A program made the translations under genes and the position numbers. From assembly GCA_002633005.1 (NCBI GenBank), contig NMRA01000077.1, positions 434,001 to 498,000 of the forward strand: 64,000 nt of DNA. The letters are read 5' to 3'. The DNA is from Phoronis australis (taxonomy: Eukaryota; Animalia; Phoronida). Below the pieces are notes generated by a model. That model was given only the letters and a program-made list of their open reading frames with translations. It did not search any database and was not told the DNA's origin. Of this stretch, positions 1-12,200 are shown in pieces; the stretch's first letter is position 1; each line of letters starts with the position of its first letter.

Positions 1-255
1 CTGAATGACAGTTACAAAGAAAATAATACAGAACGGTGTAACTTGATTCCCGGAGCCAACTCCACCAAAATTCATCAGTGACTCGACTAAAAAAACTCAA
101 TTGCAAGGGATGCTTTCAATAAACATTCAGGATTTTACTTGAGGAAGATTTGTGAATTTTCGAGTCTGTAATTAGTGACCATATTCCATGGTGCGTGACA
201 CTTGTGATTCACTTGGGAATGGAAACCGAGAATTCCAGCTACGCAAAGCAATCAC

Positions 256-270
256 CTCAATGGTAGCCAT
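256..270 (-). CDS. Possible first coding exon (MATIE) of a neighbouring gene leaving the window
   Basis: AAAAATGGCT start context, GAG|GTGATT donor, and a polypyrimidine-CAG acceptor ending at position 1. Confidence 0.3.
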
Positions 271-1975
271 TTTTCTAGTGTATGTAACGCACAGAGCTTT
301 CTTACAAAATACTGTCCGTTCACTCATAGTTTTGCGTGTCCTTGCCAAATGCGCAAGAAACTTGCTTTACGAAGCAAATAACATCACAAAACAGACCGGC
401 TCAGTTAGTTCAGTACACATGCCCAGACACTAGATCTAGTTGTGTTATACATGTGCCTACCAAATATAATGGACTTGAAAATTCCTGTAACTATTAGTTG
501 ATGGCAAAGAGCTTCATATGTCCAGAAACTACAGTACAATCTCACCAATTTTGGACAAAAATAAGTGACAAATTGGCATTTTTCAACAAACATTGAATCA
601 GATGGTAGCTTATAATTTAGAACTACAACAATAAAGAAATTATTGAATGCTAATTATAACTTGTCCACCATAGCCTGTCTTAAATTGGGGAGACTACTGT
701 ATGACCATTGAAACACTGAAAGCTGGAAGCTAATGACATCCCGACCAAACACCTTATTACCGAAACAATGACTGGATAGCATGTAGCACTAGTTATTAAA
801 TACACAATTGAGTTGATAAACAATGGAACTTAACCACAGTATACAGCCTCAATTTGTTACGTTACAGAGAAAATTCTTTCTTCAACTTGGAAAGAAATCA
901 AGTACATTGTTGTAAGAAAAAACTCGGGCTACAGACATGCATATCGGCAAATCGAAAATATGAGGGTTCAGTGTGTAATGACTTGGGTTTTACCTAAGGT
1001 TGGCGGTATTTACTCATTTTCTACTCCACCACCAGGGGGTGACATACAACATACCAACAACAACAGATACTACCAGCAGGACAAACACTATGATAGTCCT
1101 CTTGCTATTTAAGGCTAACGATTACATCAAAATTGATTACAGTTTGCAAGTTTGCTCAAAATCTAGTTCGCTAAAGAACCATATTGTAAGTGAAACTGAA
1201 ACCACTCGTAACTATTAGATCTTAAACATTCAAGTATTAGCACAAACACAAAAACAGACGCATGAAAATGTTTATCTCTTACTGACATAAAAAAGGCAGA
1301 CGACAACTAATTATCAATGGGAGATAACTAACACGTTCCACGCAAGAGAACTATCTTAGAGTTTGTGAACACAGTAGCATGAACCTCCAACATTAAGAAT
1401 CATTAGAGCCACACACAGTACCCCTTTGAAGGCAAAAAATTCAGCTTCACCGGCAGCAATTCTTGAACTCCACTCCATTCATAGAGTAATTGTGTAAAGT
1501 AGGAGAAATGCCAATTTGGGGGAATTTCATCTACTTCAAATCTAACCCAATTAGCAGCATTTCTCAAGTGCATTTTAAAGCCTAACTTCAATCATGGAAT
1601 TTTGTTATTTTAGATGTATTGTTCTAACCAGATAGTCCTAGCAAAGCCTTATTGAGTTCAATCATGCAATTGTAAGTCCGTCAAATGATAAGTGAAGCTG
1701 CCTTTTCTTGCCATGTTGCGTCACCACGAGATCCCAGCACAAACAACAAAAGGTTGTATTGAATAGGGGTCTGAATAGAACACTATTGCGTGCGGGTGTT
1801 ATTCACAGCTGTTTGAATTTAAAGGTGAATCTCGCAGTGACGTAGACAAAAGCAAGCCAATACACCTAACAGTTCGTTACATTTGGCAATTTATGGCACT
1901 AGTGGGCTCAGAGCGATGCTCTTAACATACTGTAGGAACCAAATTATAGTTGTTACCATTGAAGATAGGCTTGAA

Positions 1976-2392
1976 GACATTGTTGGCTCGTAAACATCAG
2001 TGATGTCACAAATAACTTGGAAACATTTAACTCATTTAGTTAAATTTTGCACTTTCCAGTTTTGAGTTTTAACTTTAGAGTGACAATGACATGCCCGTCA
2101 GAATCTTTCATGCAAAAGAAATAGCTAGTCTACACATTAATTCGATGCATTTCCAGTCACCTTCACTTCTTTTATTTTTGTGACACAGCTATTAATTGTA
2201 CACACACATACCAAAAGTATACTACAGTGGATCTCTGCCTTCAATTCTACTGTGCTCAAGTGACTAATATTGCTGTGCTCAAGTGACTAATATTGCTGTG
2301 CTTAAGTGACAAAATGTTAGTTTCCATCATACTGTTAACATGTCACCAAGTTATTTGTGATGTCAGCGCATGTTTACAAGCCAACAAATGTC
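1976..2392. repeat. About 55-bp imperfect inverted repeat (arms 1976-2031 and 2334-2392) enclosing a 23-bp x about 2.6 tandem repeat
   Basis: GACATTGTTGGCTCGTAAACAT...TCACAAATAACTTGG...TTAAC matches the reverse complement of GTTAAC...CCAAGTTATTTGTGA...ATGTTTACAAGCCAACAAATGTC. Confidence 0.7.
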
Positions 2393-3115
2393 CCATAATG
2401 CATCTGCTAATAAAGGAAGATTTGCAGTAAATATATCCAAATATACCGTCTAAAAACTAGGGTTTTTTAACATAGCGCTGTGTGCGACTGAAAATGTCAA
2501 CAAGGTAGTAATTTAAAATTATTATTAAGCAAACTTTCAATGAGATGAAGCTTATGAAATGTGCCATAATATCCGATACAATAATGTTGGGAACACTTTG
2601 TATTCTCCACACAATTAATGGTGCATTATTTCACTTGCACTACCTTGAAACTATTGGGAGTGCAAAAACATGGCATATTTCACAAGCACTGTTGGTTCAT
2701 TAATAATTGCTGAATTAAATACTGATTTGAAGTAGCTAAACCGACTAGTTAATCAAAATGTCTTATTACAGTTCTCACTGTCAATAACCATTCTAGGCAG
2801 AACAAAAGAGAAAGTAAATATTATCTGTTACATTAAAAGGAAATGTTTATTGCAAAAAAGTTATTAGAGGATTGCTACCAATCACACATTTTTATGGAGA
2901 GTGGAATTTTAGACACATAACAATAAAGGACTTTTAAATAACAAAATATAAATGCTATACCTTCCATTTGCTTAACAATGTTATTGTAGAGCCACAGTTG
3001 AGCCAGGGTAATACACACACTAGTAAAACACGGCGAGATTGTGGTAAGACACAGTTCAGCTTGTTGATAAAACAGTTGCATGTTAATATAACATCACAGA
3101 GAGTCAAGGAGAATT

Positions 3116-3223
3116 CTATGAGCGAACAAGCTGGTTGCGGGCTGACTTTATTTTGTCTAGTCTCTTCTGAAGATGGTTGTTCTGCGTAGTAAGCTCCTCT
3201 AGTTGACTTTGAGACTCTCGCAA
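3116..3223 (-). CDS. LRRFIP2: LRRFIP2 canonical last exon ([35 protein letters not shown])
   Basis: CTCTTTCAG acceptor, TAG at 3118-3116. Matches the recalled NSHLAKRLEKMKANR C-terminus. Confidence 0.92.
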   Translation of the reverse strand: MRESQSQLEELTTQNNHLQKRLDKIKSARNQLVRS

Positions 3224-6200
3224 CTGAAAGAGTCAGGTCGAGAATTAAGCAGCAGTAACCAAGTACAGGCATAAATCCAATAACATATGATTACTATTTA
3301 AAACCGTATGCACATCATGCCAGACTACAATATATATGAATAAAACAGAGTGTCACAAATTTTATTAAAATGAAACTGATATTTCTAGGTCTCAACTCCC
3401 ATTCCACTAAGCAGTTTGTCAAAATTAACGTAAACGGACAAAGGAAACAGTCATTAGCGGATAACATTATAAATAGCCGTTTTCAAAAGAATGAAAAGAG
3501 AAAAAACAATGTAAACCCAGACAAAACTTCGGTACTGTACAGAAAGAGGTAAATTCCATAGAAGACATGTTGACAGCTACTTAAATGGTCTGTATCACAG
3601 TCAACAGAAAAGTACACTAGTTCTAAAACTTAACAGCGGCCTTTTCATGGGTGTTTACCACAAAAAATGACAAATATCAATAAGAAAATTATCCTCAACC
3701 ACCACTAAAGCCAGTGCTTCAGAGATTAAACAAGCAAGTTTAATGGACGAGATCATCTGATAACCGAGTACTGAAAACCCAGTGATGAGATCACCTATAT
3801 TTTTGAACCGGAATACACCACTGACCACACATGCAACAAGCTAGAAGATGTGACAGAAATAAATCAGCAGTGTATGAAAATTTGCACCGTAATCAAAACC
3901 TGAGCAAGAGATGAGGCCGCTATACGTAATGTTCGACTTCTGGACTACTCAAGGATCTCTTGAGATGACAAATTTCATATTCTAACGAGCGCGTGCGGAG
4001 CAGCTGAAAATTATGGTGGATATTTATTACAAAGGTTCATCCAAGTACTTAGTATGAAGACAGATACAGGAGACAAAGCACTGTAAGCCTACACTGCCAA
4101 ATCACCATTAACCTGCCCTTTGTTAAAAATTAGACAACTTGTTATATAACTGGTGTCAACTTGTTCCTTACTCCCTCACATTAGAAGTGATATCTGGGTT
4201 TGAGAAGAGCTGGCAAATCATTAATGACAAGACATCCTAGAGACAAAACTCCGCGCGGAAAGTGATGAGGATCACTATATAAACTTCTTTAGCCTTGTCT
4301 CCACAAAACAGTCAGTTCTAGTTAAGTCCAGAGGTGACCTCTAGTGAGAATACGGATCAGGTAAAGAACAGTTTTGTAATGGCAAGTGATTTGAACCATC
4401 ATTTAGTTTTATGACAGTAAGTTGTTTTTAGTAGCTTTTAGCTTTACATGTGTAGTTGTCTGATTTTTCACCCATTTTCTAGACAAATTAATACAATTCA
4501 GAGCAACTGACTTCTTTGCTGAAAACTACAACTGTATCCCTAACGTTGACCTGGACAGCTATTTGCATGCCAAGCAGCTTTTAATCAGTCACATGTTGTT
4601 GAAGCAAGGTCACATGTCCAGCACATTAACTTTGACAAAGGAATATCTAACCAATACTAAAGCCAACCAGTCTGACAAATGTTCAAATGATAATGAAATA
4701 AACTTTCAAATCAAACACAGAACATGTCCAAAAGCAGCCATCAGACTGCAACCTTCAACATTTAGTTGAATGTGCATGTGGCCCAGTGATTACTCAATTA
4801 CCCACTTTTTATACAACATTAGGCAAATGTCTCAACGTTGTATTCTGCTTTGGCAATTGCTATAGAATGTCTTCCTAAATAAGAAGGCCATAATGATTCT
4901 CAACAGTATCCCCTCCAAGTCACGCACTTGTATTGCTAAGTCCAAGTAATTGGTGTAGTGAGCAACTTGACATCAAATACAAAAGTTTATTGGGATAAAA
5001 TATAATACAAATGGTAGTAAAGCAAGCAGACTAAAGGGTAATTCCACAGTTATATGTCTCCTATATCATAAACAAAACATTGTGGAACCACCCTCACATA
5101 ATACTCCACCAAGAGGGGGCCTCAAGGTATTTTCAGCATAATTGAGGTGGACAAAATGTCGTGACATCAACTATAGGCCATGTTTGATGGTGCTTCCACT
5201 GCACTTTGCTTGTAACAAGTACAATAAACTGGAATCAACCTAATACAGTCTCTTGATGGCGCCTACCTCTCGTGTTAGCTTCCGTTTTTCTTGTTTCAAT
5301 TCTTCCTCTACTTTCTCAGCGTTGTCCGCAGCTGTCTTATATCGCTTCACCTGACCTTCTAAACGAATTACCTGATGAAGACAAAGAAGTGAATTGCTGA
5401 TTGACAAGGCATGAACAACCAACTCAGTACTGGCAAGAATTAGTGACAATAAGAGCTTGTGATAACAAGTTTCTAAAAACAGAACAGACACTGGTGTCAG
5501 AACAAAATAAATACAGGGATGGCAGATACAAATTTTCTTTAAAAACATTTGGCAATGACAAAAAGCCTACTATCTGAACATACATTTTGCAGTCATTCCG
5601 TGTAATATATTGTCTAATACATGAGAACTATCAACCCATTACAATTCAAACTCCAATTACTTTTCGGTACGGTGTATGAGAAGGCCTCATATGTCCACCA
5701 GTGACTGCTACAACAGTCATTTTGAACTCCAAATAACAGGAGGCAGATTGTAGTATTTCCCGCAAGAATTCATTTACAATTTTAAAGCACAATAAACATG
5801 CATCAGTTAACAAACCAGTTTTTCCCAAATCAAGGCAAATGATGCTGTGCCCATGAAAATAAATGTCATCTGCATTGGGGAACATCATGCACAGATGAAT
5901 GGGAGTTCAAAAGATAAGCTAACACTGTTACTGAAACAGTAAAATCCTGTCAATTTACAACACAATTTGGAAAATACATGAAATTTCATTTATTTTTGGG
6001 TGAATTTTCAAGTTTCCGTATATACCTACCACCACAATAATACAACAAGACTGAAAAATGGCATTTAGGTCATCACTGTGTCTGGCATTCACCACCTGCA
6101 CACTTTGGGAGCACTGCAAAAAATTATTGTTGTGCATTGCTGTTCCAGACACAATGCGAAAGCGCCAAACGTGAAAGCGCCAATTCCAAACATGCAGAAC

Positions 6201-9200
6201 CATTGTATTGTGGACACAACACCTCGTTTTCAAGCATAATTGCAAATTTGTGCAAGTTGTGAATTGGCGAGATTTTACTGTAACAGGTTCTAAAACCCCA
6301 AAGTCAACACTGGAAATCTGGTGACTAACTTACGTTGCCTTCGAGAGTCGTGATATCCTGCTCAGCTTTCTGTAGTTTAAATTTGTACTCACTGACCTGT
6401 TTGTTGGCTTCGCCTACAACAAGAGCCAGCACACCATGCTGTTACACCATGCACTGACCTCTACCAACAAGCAGTATGAGCAATCTTCAGACAACACATT
6501 CCTAGGTGTGTGTTGAGCAATTACTATATATACATATATGCCATGCACAAATACATGAGTTGCAATAGACTTTTTGCCAACTGTCAACACCGTGAATATT
6601 CCCCGTGTTAGGCTGCACCAAAAGAATCACAAATCAGGGTTACAAAACTTTATGCATGCTATAAATTTAGTAACCTGTTCAGTTACGACTGGAATTGTGG
6701 GGAAATTGCCATTTGGACACCACTGTGCATAAAGCCTATTAAAACACTTAACATGGGTGTGACTGCACTCTCTACAAGTGTATATCGTAAAGCTTCTAAT
6801 AGAGCCCCGCGTGTTCAATGTTTATTTGATTCAGCATACTTATCTAATTAGAGATTGCTGTTTAGTAGACGCAGGGCTTCTAAGAGAAGCAATACGAGAA
6901 TTGTTGAACCGCACAACAAGATGCAAACAATGGATCAGATATGACCCTACAACTACACAAAGCAACTACACACGACAGACTGCAGTAAAATATCACCGAC
7001 TCCAGACAAAATAATTGACAGAATTGACAACAGACATGTTTTATTTTCCAAAAGATTCTGAAATTTTGTGAATGCCTGCAACTTTTCAAAATGTTGCACG
7101 ACGGTAACCACAACATAGAATGATAATATATTTATTTGGTGCTACTCATCTTTAATGAAAAAATTAAAAGGCTAAAAATTTCATTTGTCTTACATACTGT
7201 GTCCTAAATTAGTGAGATTTTACCGCATGTCTTAACAGCAGCTACAACAAACCTATAACAAGAACATATTGAGTTCTGTGAGTATGTGTAAACCAAATGC
7301 AGTTAGCAGCGTGTGGTGGCGACTGTCTGTAACAAAGAAGATGCGTTAGTAATAGAGCCCTCTTGGAATCTGGCATGCAGTTTGTTTAACATCTGCAAGC
7401 CTATGAGAACCAGTCAGACTCTAGCCTCCATGCAGTGATGGCAGGATGCGTCCAACTTACATCCTTCTCGAGGCCAGCGACGGCACTCTGGAACCGGCGG
7501 TTCTCCGTTTCCAATGAAGCGATCTTCCGTTGAGCACTTCCAGTGAATGACGGAGAATCTTCATGTTTTTCTAAAAATTCAGCAACAGTTATTTTAACGT
7601 TACGAGACATAGATGACAGCATGTATCAATAGTTGTGTTAATGGGTGAAATAGGATATTTGTCTATCATTTGTGAGGTAGGGTTTGTGGTATCTATCTAA
7701 ATATGCTGCTTAGCAACAGTCAGTCGTTGACTTAGAGATGATGGTGAAGTAGTGAGACTACAGGTGGAGAAATAATGTGGCAAGATCAATATTCACTTCA
7801 GGAACTACACGCAAATGTAAAATTAGTCCGTCATATGATCAACGTCAACATCGACCATCATATGTAGGAAGCAGACTGTGTCAATGTTAGAGGATGAAAA
7901 GGAAGTAGACGAAAAAAAGTGAACAACTAAAAACACAACAGGAATTACAGGTGGATAACTTCACTAGTTCTCAGTGCTACTACACTGGACCATCTCGTCT
8001 GGGAGGCACGTTAGGAGATGGACTCACTTGGAGTGGACAGGGATCTTAGTTGGTTCTCTTTCTGCCGGATCTGCTCCTGCAGGGAAGCAAGGCTCGACTC
8101 GGCACGACGCCCTACAAACCAGATTGAAGACAGTAAGTGTGAACGTGTACTGTTGAGCATGCTCCTGTTAACTCAATGCTGCACAAATTCACTCCATTCC
8201 AAGACAGCAGACAGATGATTCTTAGCAAGTACCTGAAAACTTAATTTATTCATACATGCAAAACAAAACAATTCATGAAAACAGAATTTAATTAAAAACT
8301 GGGTTCACAAAATATTATTATCATAATGCAAGACCCCAGAAAACGTCCAAATTTGTCATACCTAAGAAATAAATGATCGTATTTATAGGAAAATTTTGCA
8401 TGCTTTGCTTCATGCACTGTTGTAAGGATTGTTTTTTAAAACGGAACACTGTTGCTTGAGGGATTATCAAAAATAGCATTTTTATAAAAAAAATCTTAAG
8501 TTGCATAAAACAAAAATAAACTATTTTAGAAATTTTATTTCGAAAATTAAATCAAATGATATTTACCTTTCTTTTTTGATAAATTTTACTGAAGACATGG
8601 TTATGTGGTCCAATTAATGTCAAATGGATACAAAACGAAAAATTAAGGTCTACAGGCTTTCTACTTTCAGACAATATTAGCTTTAAATGTTAATCTCTTT
8701 AGTTTCGCACATAAAACAGTGTTGGTCCGCAACTAGTAAACTTCATGAAACAAATAGCATGGCGTTCAAATGATTTATTGTAAGTTTAGTTTAAGCTGAT
8801 CTTCTTGCAGTCATCAAATGTCTCTTCAGTGGATTTAAATCATTTTGAGATAACTGTTAAGCAGCATGCAAACATGGAACCAAAGGAGATATTCTAGGTG
8901 AGTCCACTAGTACATGACAATCTGGGGGGGGCTGTTCCTCAACACAAGAAAGTAGCCAGTGAAAGATAGTACAATCACATACTTCACATTTGATGAGTTA
9001 TGATATCACACCAAAATTTGCATGATGTCGTTCAGCAAGTACAACCATGTGCTTCACACATTATAAGAGGTGATATCTCATCAAGACTTGCGTGATGTCA
9101 TCAAGCTAGTGCAGCCATAGACTTCACATGTAATGAGTGGTAATATCTGGCCAAAACTTGTGTGACATCGCTAAACTTGCAACAAACTAGCTTTAAGGAA

Positions 9201-12200
9201 CACAGTTGAGGATATACAGTACATGCCAAAAGTATTCACACAAAATGACCTGCAATTCCTCCACCATGACGGCAGGGCAAAAGCCAAATTCTTCGTCAGA
9301 CTAGACTACCCTCATGGCTGAGAATGAAGGAGAATTGAAGAAAAGTCTAAAAGATGGTTCACCGATTCTGTAATACTAGTTTTACGACCACAACAGTCAT
9401 TACCAGTCATTCTGTAATACTAGTTTTGCGACCACAACAGTCATTACCAGTCATTCTGTAATACTAGTTTTGCAACCACAACAGTCATTACCAGTCATTT
9501 TTGCTGTTAACAGCATTAGCTGTCATGATGGGGACATGTCACGTTTTCTATCACACACAGAACAACATGAACTGGATTCATTCAATATTCAAGACAAATT
9601 TCTGCAAATAGCAACTGCACGACTACAGTTCATATCCTATACATGAGCATATGGCTGAAATCAAATAAAAAGATGCTGTTAAAAACACGTGTTCATCCAT
9701 TTCAGAAAGTCACGTCTGCTCTCATGCGACTGTGAGTATAGTGCACTGCTCAAGCTTGATCTCACAATGAGGAAAACAAAAAAAAACAAACGAAAAGAAT
9801 AAAATTATTAAAACAGATAATGAAACAAGACTGCAACGAACACTGAGAGCATGCAGGGATCAAACGGGTNAGTCATTCTGTAATACTAGTTTTACGACCA
9901 CAACAGTCATTACCAGTCATTCTGTAATACTAGTTTTACGACCACAACAGTCATTACCAGTCATTCTGTAATACTAGTTTTGCGACCACAACAGTCATTA
10001 CCAGTCATTTTTGCTGTTAACAGCATTAGCTGTCATGATGGGGACATGTCACGTTTTCTATCACACACTGAACAACATGAACTGGATTCATTCAATATTC
10101 AAGACAAACTGTACAACATGAACTGGATTCATTCAATATTCAAGACAAATTTCTGCAAACAGCAACTGCACGACTACAGTTCATATCCTATACATGAGCA
10201 TATGGCTGAAATCAAATAAAAAGATGCTGTTAAAAACACGTGTTCACCCATTTCAGAAAGTCACGTCTGCTCTCATGCGACTGTGAGTATAGTGCACTGC
10301 TCAAGCTTGATCTCACAATGAGGAAAACAAAAAAAAACAAACGAAAAGAATAAAATTATTAAAACAGATAATGAAACAAGACTGCAACGAACACTGAGAG
10401 CATGCAGGGATCAAACGGGTTAAGTGAAGAGGAGAAATATACAAAACAACCAATAACAATATAATCTGAACAAGCATGTACAAAATAAAAAACTCAACAG
10501 TAACAATTTAACAGATATTGTTGAACAATTTCTGAAAAAAATAAATGGACAACCATACACAAGGAACATAGGATGCAACACAACTGTTTAGTTCAACAAA
10601 TTTTTGTCATTCACATTTTTAAGTGACCAACATGTTTCTAATAAAAGAGTTTCCTTCATTACCAATATGCTACCAATAATTATCAATGTGTTTCGCTCGT
10701 TGTCAATGTGATTATCAGCGTTTTGCTCAGTGTCGAATGTGACATCACTGTTTTGTTGTCGTGGTTATGCCGTCGGCATGCAGGCCGTGTGTCATCAACG
10801 GCTTGTGCTCATCACCAATATGCCATCAAAACACTATTATGGTGACAAAGCTACAGACACAATGTGTATGGATTTCTTCAACCTCCACCGAAGGTTCAAT
10901 CTACTTCAAGGGAATACAACTCAGACTCATTAGGGTATTTTGGCAAATTTATGCATACATGAGTGTATATATGAGTAGACAGTAATAGATCTTCTTGAAG
11001 CAAAATGTGTTATGAAATATGACTTTGTGATTCTAGTACCATATAGTAGCTGGATTTTTGTTTTTACCATTTTTCAAATTAGACAAGATTTCATGAAGTT
11101 GAATTTTTTCCACTAACACGCTGAGGTTTCAGACTTTTCTGGTGACACCGATTAAATTTTCCACAAGTATTTTGGGAGATTTTAGGGGCATGTGACTATG
11201 GGAATGTTTTGTACCAAGATCACGGATCAAGATTTATTTCAATGCATAATATGCAAAAATTTAGTTTAAATTTAATTTTAACCTTATTTGCCCATATCAG
11301 GTCCAGCAACTGTAGTCCTCCAAGAATCTCAAACATTATCCTACCAACTGCACTCTACATCTCACCAAGCTGTATCTCGATTTCCGCCCAGTAAATTTTG
11401 CTCAAAGTCTTATTTGAATTTATGTAATATTTACATTTGAAAGATTCTTTGATACATGAAGATGTTAAGAGACTGCGACTGATTTATGTTACGTGACTGA
11501 ATGTTTCTCTGCCTTACGTTGTACTTCTAACACCTCCATATCCGGACCATTGGGCGTGTTTCGAGGTGATGCGTACTTCTCGGCCAGCTCGTTCTTCTCC
11601 CTTTCTTCCTCCAATTCACATTTCAAGCTCTTGATCTGATCAAGCAGACTTTTACGCTCCGTGGAAAACATGGCAATTTTTTCATCTGAAAATTGAATGA
11701 AACTTTTAAAATTTTGTCAAAATTGCTATCTTACATAATACGTCAAACTTGTTCGAAAGAATTCGTTATCATGATCTAAAAGAAATTTGCGCCTCAGAGA
11801 TATTTCCAAATCCACTAAATGAGGCATACATATGAGTAGTGGTACTGACAGGTTTCAGCTCATCAGCCAATATACAGGCATTAGTAAGAGTGATGATTTG
11901 CCCGGTCCTGCCACGACATACCACTAGGACATGTATTATCAGAATACTTACGTTATAATTGGATGTTCAATGACGTGGAAGTGAAAAGCACCACCAGGTG
12001 GTCCACATGTTTATTCTAGTGCCTGAGATGGCTACCATATTAAGCTGTTGCACTAATACAGAATTAGTGGTTCATTCACCATGAATAAGATAAAAAATTG
12101 GACTTCATAAAAATTAAGTTCCAATAAGCACACAATAAGCACATATAAATTAAATATTTTATTTTTCTAATGTACTAACAGTCCTGGAGACCCAAGGCCA

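Noticed and set aside
1-3115. MLH1 3' end, expected from recalled human synteny
   Set aside because: No MLH1-like coding sequence is recognisable here.
4168-4236. A third possible LRRFIP2 terminal exon ([22 protein letters not shown])
   Set aside because: The acceptor is plausible, but the peptide has no similarity or coiled-coil character and cannot be distinguished from chance.
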